Below, piece by piece: positions 34,066-44,163 of a stretch of 46,874 nucleotides of DNA. The notes below the pieces were generated by a model. The model ran no database searches. It was not told the DNA's origin and saw only the letters and a program-made list of their open reading frames with translations. This DNA comes from Octopus bimaculoides (lineage: Eukaryota): assembly GCF_001194135.2 (NCBI RefSeq), contig NC_068982.1, positions 85,864,996 through 85,911,869 of the forward strand, given 5' to 3'. Position numbers and translations under genes: made by a program. Position 1 is the stretch's first letter, and every line of letters begins with the position of its first letter.

Positions 34066-34473
34066 CTGAACACAAGACATATGACAATAAATAAGATAAA
34101 ATCATAAGCAAAAATTAAAAAAAAAAGCTAAGATAAAAATTCATAAATAACAAAAATGAATGAGAAATTTAATGCATTACATTAGTTGAGTACACAACGA
34201 AATAAAAAATTGAGTATAGCTTAAAATAAAATTGGTCTAAAGTGAAAAAAAAGTAAATTAAAATAAACATTAAGAATTATTCTCTAGAAAACATGAAAAA
34301 CAAAAACAAAAAACATTCTAATTTATTATTATGACTTTTATTACAATGATGTTTGAGTTTGTCATCTAAATTTGTAAAAAAGAAAAAAAAAACAATTAGT
34401 GGGATGATAGTAAAATGGTTTGCTATGCTAAATCTGAAGAGTTTTGATAATAATACCAATGATACCAAGCTGT

Positions 34474-34639
34474 TTAAATGATTTTAGTTCGATCTTTCCT
34501 AAACTTTTGTGATTGTTCATAATTAAGCCATTTAAATGAATCCCAGTGGAAGTCAGTGATGTCTTGATTATCCAGCTGAGTTGAACTAAACATGAAAATG
34601 AAGGGTAAACCCAGTAAAATTGCTATGATAAATGGAATT
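34474..34639 (-). CDS. Candidate alternative terminal exon encoding a TM helix
   Basis: ttgtttctacttaattaag|A, then 54 codons IPFIIAILLGLPFIFMFSSTQLDNQDITDFHWDSFKWLNYEQSQKFRKDRTKII and stop; AATAAA about 130-150 nt downstream. The AAG acceptor is weak. Confidence 0.5.
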
Positions 34640-34811
34640 CTTAATTAAGTAGAAACAACGAAAGCTACTTTTTACTTGAAATTATATAGGAATCAAAGTG
34701 ATAATTAATTTAGACTTTCAGTAAAGTTATGCTACATAACACAAAAATGTAAGTTTACTTGTTCAGCAAGTGATCTGAGATGATGTTTTGAAACTATATG
34801 ATACTCTATAC

Positions 34812-35172
34812 TAGTGGTTCTTAACCATTTTTTATCTATGGACCCTTTTGATTGCTATTTTATGCTGATGGATCTCCATAGCCATTCAATGTTTTAAAAA
34901 CTAGCTTTATAGATACTGCTTTCAAAATTCCTATTTTGTTTTCACATGTTCACTTGCATACATAAGCAAGAAACATGTTGAATTATATTAAGTGTTAGAG
35001 AAAGAAACCTAGCTGTCTCTTGAAATAAATACATCTAAAGCAAAATTTCTTCATGTTCCTTTAAAATAATATTGTGGATACTCAAATTACTATTTTGCTT
35101 GTGTGAACCCCTCCAAAATCTTATATGCCACCCCGGAGGGGGGGGGGTCTGGACACTGATTGAGAACCACTG
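34812..35172. mobile_element. Non-autonomous hAT element (MITE)
   Basis: TIRs TAGTGGTTCTTAA and TTGAGAACCACTG; 8-bp TSD CTCTATAC / CTGTATAC with one mismatch. Confidence 0.8.
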
Positions 35173-36634
35173 CTGTATACAGTGAAAACTTTTGGTTAAT
35201 TGTTCACATTAGGCAATTCTAATTTAAACCATACTTGGACTTAAATTCTTGAATTATATTCAAAACTAACACAAGACCATCTGTTTGTTATTAGCTCCAT
35301 GAATGTTTATAATGATAAAAAGAAAAAAAGCAAACAGTGAATACTTTCTTTTACCCTTCTTATTTATAGACCTGAGTTGAAAAGTAAATGAATAAATAAT
35401 CCCTTTTTACTAAATATGTTTCTTGTTATACTGAAATTAATGACAATGAAATATTTATAGTATGGGGCTATCCAGTCTGATGGCTAATTCAGAAAATAGT
35501 TTTTAGGAGAAAGGAAAAAAAGGATGAATGAAACTGCCCAAAAGTTAATAGTATATTTTACTGACTACAGCCCTAGATTTAAGCATTAAGCAAAATAAGC
35601 ACATGCTTTGGATGCTAAGGAACAGAAGCTTCAGATTTCTTCAGAGCCCCACAAAAAGTGTTGGAATTTTGTATTTCTTTTGTTACTCTAATTATAAGTA
35701 AACCATTATAAGTACATTGCATATTATTTAGCATTAGATAAATAAAATTAAAAAACAGGCTGTATTTAATACAATTGTTGGATCTGGCCTCATTCAAAGA
35801 AAACACAATTTTTAATGCATCATTTCATATTCAGCACTTAGCATTTAGTATGTCTTGCCAGTTAGAGAATGGATGGGTGAAGGCAAATGCTATTTTAAGG
35901 TTGTGCTTAAGTTAGCTTTGACCTGGCTTCAAGCCTGAGTGTTATAAATATTGTAAAAATAATTTGAATAACCAACCAGCTATTTTGGAATGATGTAGTT
36001 TTCTAGAGGACCTATTTTAAAAGTAGAGTGAATCAAAGCAAACTCAGTAAGTCGATCCCATATTGTTGATTAAAATTATACTGAAAGTATAAAAGTATCT
36101 TCAAAACTGTGCTTCAAAATCCATATGTAAAATAANNNNNNNNNNTATATATATATAATTGATATATATATAATAGATAGATAAACAGACATAAAATCAT
36201 TTTGTCTGCTTTCCTTTTGGCATTTGTTGAATGGATCATTGCTGCTATCCTAAATGCTAAATGGGTTGGAGGACCAAATCTCACTCATAAGTTTAATTTG
36301 GGTTTGGTTTCCATGGCTAGGTGCTCTTACTTAATACCAACCACTTTAAAGTGTGTATTGTAATGTGTGTATGTGTGTGTAAGAGAGAGAGAGAGCGAGG
36401 ACACATACATACATTATTAGTTTATGACTTTTGTGTTTATACTGAGATGTAGTGATAAAAATGCTGTCCTAATATTCTACAAAACCAGCAAATATGCATT
36501 AAAGAAAAAATAGTATTAATGATAGTCCTATTTTAACAGTTAGCTTTTTTCCATGAAACTAACAATAAAGGAAACAATATATACATCTGTACATCCAAAA
36601 TAAATGCCACTAAAATATTGAAATTCTCATTTAC

Positions 36635-36766
36635 AGTTTTACATCAGACGCATTTTCCAAGTCACTCTTAACCATCATATTCTGGACGTGTTGAACCAAA
36701 TTACTTTGTTGCTGCATTAGTCCTTCAAACATATCATCCATTTTTATAGCAAGGCCTCTTCTGAAT
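36635..36766 (-). CDS. Candidate internal coding exon (132 nt, phase 2-2)
   Basis: ttcttgtttttaatttttag|ATTCAG...AAAACT|gtaaat; only one frame is open throughout: FRRGLAIKMDDMFEGLMQQQSNLVQHVQNMMVKSDLENASDVK. Confidence 0.65.
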
Positions 36767-37494
36767 CTAAAAATTAAAAACAAGAATAAATGGAAATTAC
36801 ATAACTATGTATTGGAGTTATTTCTGGAGCAGAATTGCACTCTTGTACTATTTCTGTATTATTGTATCTCTATTTATACTACATTTAAATATATATATCC
36901 TTAGGATTTTTAAGATAGCTTACTTAATATGAGAAAGAATGGTGGTGGATATAGCCTTTCCATGCCATAATTTACTGGGAAGTAGAAAAAAATGGATAAA
37001 TATTTAGTTGAACTTTTAGAGCAGTAGTTGTGGAGAAAATATTGGCATATGTAAGATAGAGGATTCTAAAAATGTAGGAGAGATGATTAGGCAAAATTTC
37101 CAATATAAAGTATACAAGAAACAGCAGAAGAAAAACAATAGGTAGAGGGGCAGAAACCACAAGTACAATGATAGAAGTAATAGAGAAAGAGAGATAGTGA
37201 TGGTATGCAAATGTTTGTAGTGTGTTGATGAGTGAAAGTCGTGACATTTTACATGTGTGTTTAGAGATGTGTGAATGTACTCTAGAATGTGTATGTTGTG
37301 GGAAGATAAGCTTGTATGTCTAAACAGTACTCCTTTATAAAGCAAAATTGCACTTTGTATAGAATCATCAGTTGTTCTCCAGAAGAACCACAGGGCTTTA
37401 TCCTGGCCACATATTTAGCTGTTCTTTTTTTTTAATTAAAAAAAAAAATTTTTCTCTTTTTTTTTTTGCCAGCTCATTACCTAAATAATAAGAA

Positions 37495-37672
37495 TAATCT
37501 TTTTTACTGAAGGCACAAAGCCTGCAATTTGGGGAGAGGGGAGTAGTCAAATGAATCAACTCCAGTGTCTCACTGGTACTCAATTTATCAACCCTGAAAG
37601 GATGAAAGGCAAAGTCAACTTCGTTGCAATTTGAATTCAGAATGTAAAGATGGACAAAATACTACCAAGCAC
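37495..37672 (-). mobile_element. tRNA-derived SINE, decayed
   Basis: CCCTGAAAGGATGAAAGGCAAAGTCAAC...ATTTGAATTCAGAATGTAAAGA, same family as 33300. Confidence 0.75.
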
Positions 37673-37689
37673 CCTGCCTCCATTATCTA

Positions 37690-37881
37690 AGGGAAAGGCA
37701 AAGACCAAAATAACTTGGTATCAGTGACATTGCAACTCATTTCTACAGCTGAGTGAAATGGAACAACATGAAATAAAGTGTTTTGCTCAAGAACACAACA
37801 CACAGCCCAGTCTGGGAATCAAACTCAGTACCTCATGATTGTGAGCCCGATGCTCTAACCACTGAGTCATGCACCTTCACT
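37690..37881 (-). mobile_element. Second tRNA-derived SINE family with a conserved central domain (CORE/Meta-like)
   Basis: Reverse complement GTGAAGGTGCATGACTCAGTGGTTAGAGCATCGGGCTCAC...GAGTTTGATTCCC...TTGAGCAAAACACTTTAT...CACTCAGCTGTAGAAATGAGT. Confidence 0.7.
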
Positions 37882-37882
37882 A

Positions 37883-37935
<53 letters not shown>
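37882..37935. repeat. (TAA)n microsatellite
   Basis: Directly visible. Confidence 0.95.
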
Positions 37936-37938
<3 letters not shown>

Positions 37939-38182
37939 CACTACCCACACCACTGTTGCTGGTGCTGCAACCACTGCTGCTACTACACATAAAAACAATA
38001 ATATCAGTGATAACAGTGATGATAACGATAATAATGAAAGGAAATGGGTGGAGTCTTCTCCTCCTCATGAGCTGATTAATGATACATCTAGTGATGGTGT
38101 CACAATAAAAACACTAGTAATTGCGCAACCTAATAATTGCTACCTCATAGAAGTGACAATGAAAAACTAAATACTGTTAATA

Positions 38183-41100
38183 ATGGTTGGTAATGAAACT
38201 GAATCCAATGATGGTGACAGTGTTGCACCCAGCAGGCTCAGAGATTCTGGTCCGGCTCCAGCCTGTCGCTATCCAGAAAGGGACCACCACACATGGCGTA
38301 GATGGAGCAAGCAAATTAATGCTGTGGTCATGGAGTGTTATTACCTAAGCAGCCTGGTAAATGAAAATGGTACTCAAATTAGATGATCTAAAAGAAGACA
38401 ATAAAACTAATGGCGACATGACAGATGAACAAAAGGCAATCTATGACTGAATAAAGGCAAGACTACAGGAGAACAATAGCGACATTATTTGTAACCTTAA
38501 AGAGGTTGATCGATGGAAATTGAACCAAGAAACAAAAAATGTCAATGAAATTCTGAAATACATCTTGATCAAGGCAGCAATTGTTGTAGCAGAAAACGTG
38601 GGTGTTGATGTCAAGAAAAAGAAACGTAATGGGAGTGACAAAAGAAAAGATCCATGGTGGAAAAGAAGAATCCAGGCAGGGTTAGACATGCTCTTGAAGG
38701 AAATCTCTGTGTTAGACCGAAAAGAGAAAGGGGAGCTTAAAAATGAACAAAAATACAGGGTGCTGAAAAGGAAGTTTAATATTGAAAGAAAGGGCCTGAA
38801 AGTAGTAGTGGAGGAACTGAAACAGTACCTCATTGCAAAGAAAGCAAAGATGGTAAGATACGACCAAAGAATGAAGGATTACCACCAGAATAGGTTATAC
38901 AGTGTAGATCAGAAGAGATTCTACAAAGAAAGGAATAGAAAGTGTACAGATGAAAAGTTGATACCAGATAACATTGAAAGTCAAAGGTTTTGGAGTGATA
39001 TCTGGAATAAGACAAGGAGCACAAGAAGGATGCTGAATGGTTGCAAGAACTGAAATAAACAGTAGTCTGTCCAAAACAGGCAGAACTAGTCGTTTCAGTT
39101 AAGGAAGTGAAGGAAATCAGCAAAAAAATGAGCGACTGGAAGGCCCCGGGACCAGATGGAGTTCAAGGCTACTGGATCAAAAGATTTGGTGAATGTCATG
39201 CACGAATAGCTGTGCAACTCAACATCTTGTTAAATGCCGACCAAGGAACACCAGAGTGGTTGACATTGGGTAGGACAGTGCTGTGCCTGGAAAACATTGA
39301 AAAGGCAATACGGTAGACAATTACAGGCCGATATCCTGTTTGCCACTTATGTGGAAGTTATTGACTGGAATACTTGCAGAGTCAATGTACAAACATCTGG
39401 AAAGAAAATGGAGTCCTACCACATGAGCAGAAGGGTTGCAAGTGTAAGTGCAGAGGTACCAAGGATCAACTCCTGATAGACAAAACTGTGCTCAGAGACT
39501 GCAAGAGAAGGAAAAGTAACTTAGCCATGTCATGGAATGACTATCGTAAGGTGTACGATATGATCCCTCATTCTTGGATTATGGAGTGTATGAACCTATT
39601 CAGTATTGCATCGAATGTTGAGTGATTGCTTGGTAAAAGTATGGTGAATTGGATGACAGACCTGACAGCATGCAGAAGAAGTTTAGGGACAGTAGAAATT
39701 AGGAGGGGCATCTTCCAAGGGGACTGCCTGTCCCCACTGATCTTTGTACTGTGCTTGATACCACTAACACTGATTCTGAGGAAAGCAAAAGCTGGGTACG
39801 TATTCAAAAGCCACCATCAAAAAGTCAACCATTTGTTATTCATAGATGACCTCAAACTTTATGGTAAAAATGAAGCCCAAGTCAGTTCCCTCGTTGATAC
39901 AGCGTATACCTTTAGTGCTGATATCAAAATTGAGTTCAGACTGAGAAAGTGTGCTGTGTTAGTCTTGAAGAGAGGGAAAATCAAATGTATGGATGGGCTA
40001 ACGATATCGTTGGGGGAGGTTATGAAGCAGATAGAAGAGGCAAGCTAGAAGTACTTAAGGCTACTAGAAATGGATAAATTGATGGAGAAAGAAATGACAG
40101 AAAAATTTAAGGTGGAGTACTTGCACAGACTGAGACTGATCCTTAAGTTGAAATTAAATGGATGGGATAAGATCAAAGCTATCAACACCTGGGTTGTTTC
40201 ACTCCTTAGATATGGAGCAGGGGTAATCGCATGGACAGTAGACAAACTAAACAGCTTAGACAGAAAGACAAGGAAGTTGCTAACTAGATATGGGTCACTC
40301 CACCCAAAAAGTGACACAGACAGACTGTATGTATCAAGAAAAAGAGGACTCACTCGATGCAAACACAGCATTAGAGAAGAAGAAAACAACATAGCATAGT
40401 ATGCAAAAATAGCCACAGAACCACTATTATTAGAAGTAGGAAGGTCAGACTTGTGTAGGATGAAAGATTGCAAAGATAAAGCTCTATACAAGAAATTGAA
40501 AACGAATGAAACTGAAAATAGGTGGATAAAGAAAAGAATGCATGGTCAGTTTCATAGGGATGTTGAAGACAGATAGAGAAAAAAGATGGCTGTGGATGAT
40601 TAAAAGTGATTTAAAACCGGAAGCGAAGGCTCTAATCTGTACTACCCAAGAGAAAGCACTCAGAACAAACTACATAAAATACAGAATAGACAACACAGCA
40701 GAAAGTGATAAGCGCAGAATCTGTGGACAAAACGGTGAAACCGTATGGCATATTACCAGCCAATGTATGCCACTATCCCAGAAGGAATATAAAAGATGCC
40801 ACAAGAATATAGCCAGGCTTGTCCATTGGACACTTTACAACAAGTATGGAATTGACAGAGCAAAAAATTGGTACGACCACAAACTTGAAGGCATCGTCGA
40901 AAATAGAAATACAAAGATCCTATGGGATTTTATGATTCAGTGTGACCATGTGATAGAGAATAGGAAGCCGGACATAGTCTTAATTGAGAAAGAAAATAAA
41001 CTATGCTGGATCATAGATATAGCATGCCCAGTTGACAACAAGGTATGTGATAAGGAAGAAAGAAAAGCTGAGAGATATGACAGGTTAGCTTGGGAAGTTA

Positions 41101-41384
41101 AGCAGTTGTCGATGAAAAAGGTAGCAGTAGTACCAATAATTGTCAGAGCCCTGGGAACACTGAGCAAAAATCTCGAGAAGTATGTGGAACAAATAGGGGC
41201 TGCAATAAGGGTGGAGCACTTGCAGAAAACAGCACTGCATGGAACTGCTCGAATACTCCGGAAGGTGCTCGAAAAATAAGAGGTGTTACCTTAGTTCACT
41301 GGTAGTAAACAGCTGACACTATAGTACATCTCCGGCATTAGGAGCTGTGCAAGGGCAATAATAATAATAATAATAATATAATAA
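38183..41384 (+). mobile_element. Near full-length R4/Dong-clade LINE (RT, zinc knuckle, RLE), frameshifted
   Basis: N-terminal WSKQINAVVMECYY; [60 protein letters not shown]; knuckle RICG...ETVWHITSQC; RLE RKPDIVLI..IIDIACP..KAERY; (TAA)n tail at ~41357-41384. Confidence 0.93.
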
Positions 41385-41575
41385 AGGCTTCTTATTTAAA
41401 CACAAGCAAGCAAATTTTGTGGAAGGAAGTCAGTCGATGATGTCAATCAACCTCAAAAAAGATGAAAGGTAAGGTAGACCTTGGTGAGATTTTAAACCAA
41501 GAATGTGAAGGGCTGGGGAGTTGGGGATGCCACACAGCAATTTCACCTATGCTCTAACAATTCTCCTTGCTTGTT
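41385..41575 (-). mobile_element. Decayed tRNA-derived SINE
   Basis: AAAGATGAAAGGTAAGGTAGACCTTGGTGAGATTTTAAACC..GAATG matches the family core. Confidence 0.55.
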
Positions 41576-42027
41576 TAATAATTGTTTCAAATTTTGGAAC
41601 AAGAAACAACAATTTTCAGAGGTGGAAGTTAGTCAATTCTGAGGGGTATTCCTTGGCTCTGAAAGAAATCTGAATTTTTGTAGTGCAATTTTGTTGAATA
41701 TATACATGGTCATCATCATGAACAGTCACCAGATATGTGAGACTCAAATTTGTAGGATGTGATGAATTCAACACTGACGAGTGGATATGACATGACTTTT
41801 AATTTTCTTTTATATTATGTGTTTTATGAACAATAGCACCATTAGCTACTAAGAAAGCCAACCACAGGTTTATTGCATTTTTGATGGTGAAAGTGACAAA
41901 GGAATATCTGAGCAACTTAAATGAAATAAAATCCAAAAGGTAATTTTATTTGATGTACCTGTTTATTGAGAATTTTCCCAGCGACACATGCATGCACATG
42001 ATAAGGCCAACAAATGGTAAAACTCAC

Positions 42028-42039
42028 TCTCCACTTTTC
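42028..42039 (-). CDS. Candidate 12-nt microexon
   Basis: tttattttcactag|GAAAAGTGGAGA|gtgagt; both splice sites are strong and the length is frame-preserving. Confidence 0.4.
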
Positions 42040-42176
42040 CTAGTGAAAATAAACACCATACTCTTTCATTATGTACTGAGTGCTTCTTTAGTTAATGTTT
42101 GATTGTCTTTATGTGTAATCATACAAAATATTATACACTAATGTACAATATTTTCCACCTACCAAATTTCACTTAC

Positions 42177-42280
42177 AAAGTATTGACTAACCTGAGAAAT
42201 ATTTGCTCAAGAGGCTGTACAGCAAAACAGAACCTTTTGTTGCTGGTATATTTATTTGATATGTGGCATCTGTATTTTTT
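42177..42280 (-). CDS. Candidate internal coding exon with two in-frame donors
   Basis: ttttgttcaatgttag|AAAAAATAC...; donors CTCAG|gttagt (exon end 42192) and ACTTT|gtaagt (exon end 42177); frame 0 KKYRCHISNKYTSNKRFCFAVQPLEQIFLR(LVNT) ends in phase 2 at both. Confidence 0.55.
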
Positions 42281-42984
42281 CTAACATTGAACAAAACTAG
42301 TTTATAATATCCCACTTAGAACATCTTTTTAATGTTTCTCTCCATATAAAATTGCCTGTCTGCCGAGGCCAGAGTAAAGAAGACCAGAGGTGTTCCATCA
42401 CATTATTTGCAGATAAGAGAATGGGAGAGAAAAATTATCTTTAAGGACATTTATGATATTATAAGACAACCAGACAAAAAACATCTGATATATGTTATTA
42501 GGGATCAGTTCTTGTTTAGCCCAATGATAAAAGATATTTCAGCCATGATCATCACACATTTTTAGGGATCTATATTATCCAGTTAAGCCTTAGATATATT
42601 CTTAAGATGCTGAAGTTCGACTTAAGGGAAATTTGGCTGTTGTTCTCAACAGATGAAACGAACATGTAGAGGTTTCTTGAAGCCCACAGGCAACTTTTTA
42701 ATCAAAAAATTCTCAGACCTGACATGGTTAAAAGTTTTTGTAATGTTAAAAGCAATAATTTTGCTTTTACTGAGGGTCATGTGAGTATTGCTGAAAGAAG
42801 ACAAATGAAGTGATCAGTTAATCGTTACCATAGCATTAGATATGAATGTTTAGTATAGTCAAAGATGCTAGGACTGAACTAAAAAAAATACATGTATGGA
42901 AATATGTGACATTATATCATAACCACATCAAGAGAAACCTCTTTGATTTTGCTAACTTCCAGCCTAATACTCTCTCATCTCTAA

Positions 42985-43203
42985 TATAATGGTTTCAAAT
43001 TTTGGCACAAGGCCAGCAATTTTGGGGAACGGGATATGTTGATTACATCAACCCCAGTGCTCAACTGGTACTTATTTTATTGACTCTGACAAGATAAAAA
43101 GCAAAGTTGACCTTGGTGGAATTTGAACTCAGAGCATAAGGATGGACAAAATGCCCCAAAGCATTTTGTTCAGCACACCAACAATTCTGCCAGCTTGCCA
43201 CCT
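42985..43203 (-). mobile_element. tRNA-derived SINE
   Basis: GCAAAGTTGACCTTGGTGGAATTTGAACTCAGAG...ACAATTCTGCCAGCTTGCC. Confidence 0.8.
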
Positions 43204-43469
43204 TCTCATACATTGAAGATGATAAAGGTGTTTTATAAGTCACTCAGTATTTTTAGTATATTGAGTCTGACTCTTAACTCATTGATTTGCAGCATAGCTT
43301 TTGTAGAACCAAATCAATTGGACGCTTGCATTCTTATATCTTATACCAAAGTTTCATATTCTTGATTACAGTATGTTCTTTTACTCTTTTACTTGTTTCA
43401 GTCATTTGACTGCGGCCATGCTAGAGCACTACCTTTAAGTTGTGTATGAAACTACGATATTATTTTTAG

Positions 43470-43740
43470 AAAGGTTGCTTGCTTATGGACTCTGCTTGTC
43501 TTTTATCTCTTGTATAGACAAGTTTCCTGCCAGTTTGCTTCACCATGTGTGACGACATGGCTCTGTCTCTGACTGATGTCCTATCATATTAAGTTTGTCT
43601 TCCAATCTATCCTAATTTACATTGATAACTTGCTAATTCTTACCTCAAATTAGACAATTTCTATGCAGATGATACTACCCTTCACTTCCCTTTGCAGATA
43701 TGATCCATGCAACTTCAACATCTCTTGTTAAACATGTACA
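43470..43740 (+). mobile_element. Decayed CR1/L2-type RT fragment
   Basis: AATTTCTATGCAGATGATACTACCCTTCAC = NFYADDTTLH; upstream LLAYG-like segment. Confidence 0.5.
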
Positions 43741-43767
43741 TCTTACATAAACAGAAACATATACACC

Positions 43768-44163
43768 ATTAGGAGGGGCATCTTCCAAGGGGACTGCCTG
43801 TCCCCACTGATCTTTGTACTGTGCTTGATACCACTAACACTGATTCTGAGGAAAGCAAAAGCTGGGTACGTATTCAAAAGCCACCAGCAAAAAGTCAACC
43901 ATTTGTTATTCATAGATGACCTCAAACTTTATGGTAAAAATGAAGCCCAAGTCAGTTCCCTCGTTGATACAGCGTATACCTTTAGTACTGATATCAAAAT
44001 TGAGTTCAGACTGAGAAAGTGTGCTGTGTTAGTCTTGAAGAGAGGGAAAATCAAATGTATGGATGGGCTAACGATATTGTTGGAGGAGGTTATGAAGCAG
44101 ATAGAAGAGGCGAGCTAGAAATACTTAAGGCTACTAGAAATGGATAAATTGATGGAGAAAGAA
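43768..44163 (+). mobile_element. Isolated ~395-bp copy of the R4/Dong RT core
   Basis: Matches ~39698-40093 with about 6 substitutions counted by eye, including the shared premature stop after EEAS. Confidence 0.92.

Noticed and set aside
35615-35710. Possible further phase-2 terminal exon (VTKEIQNSNTFCGALKKSEASVP*)
   Set aside because: Weak acceptor and a short frame; not distinguishable from chance.
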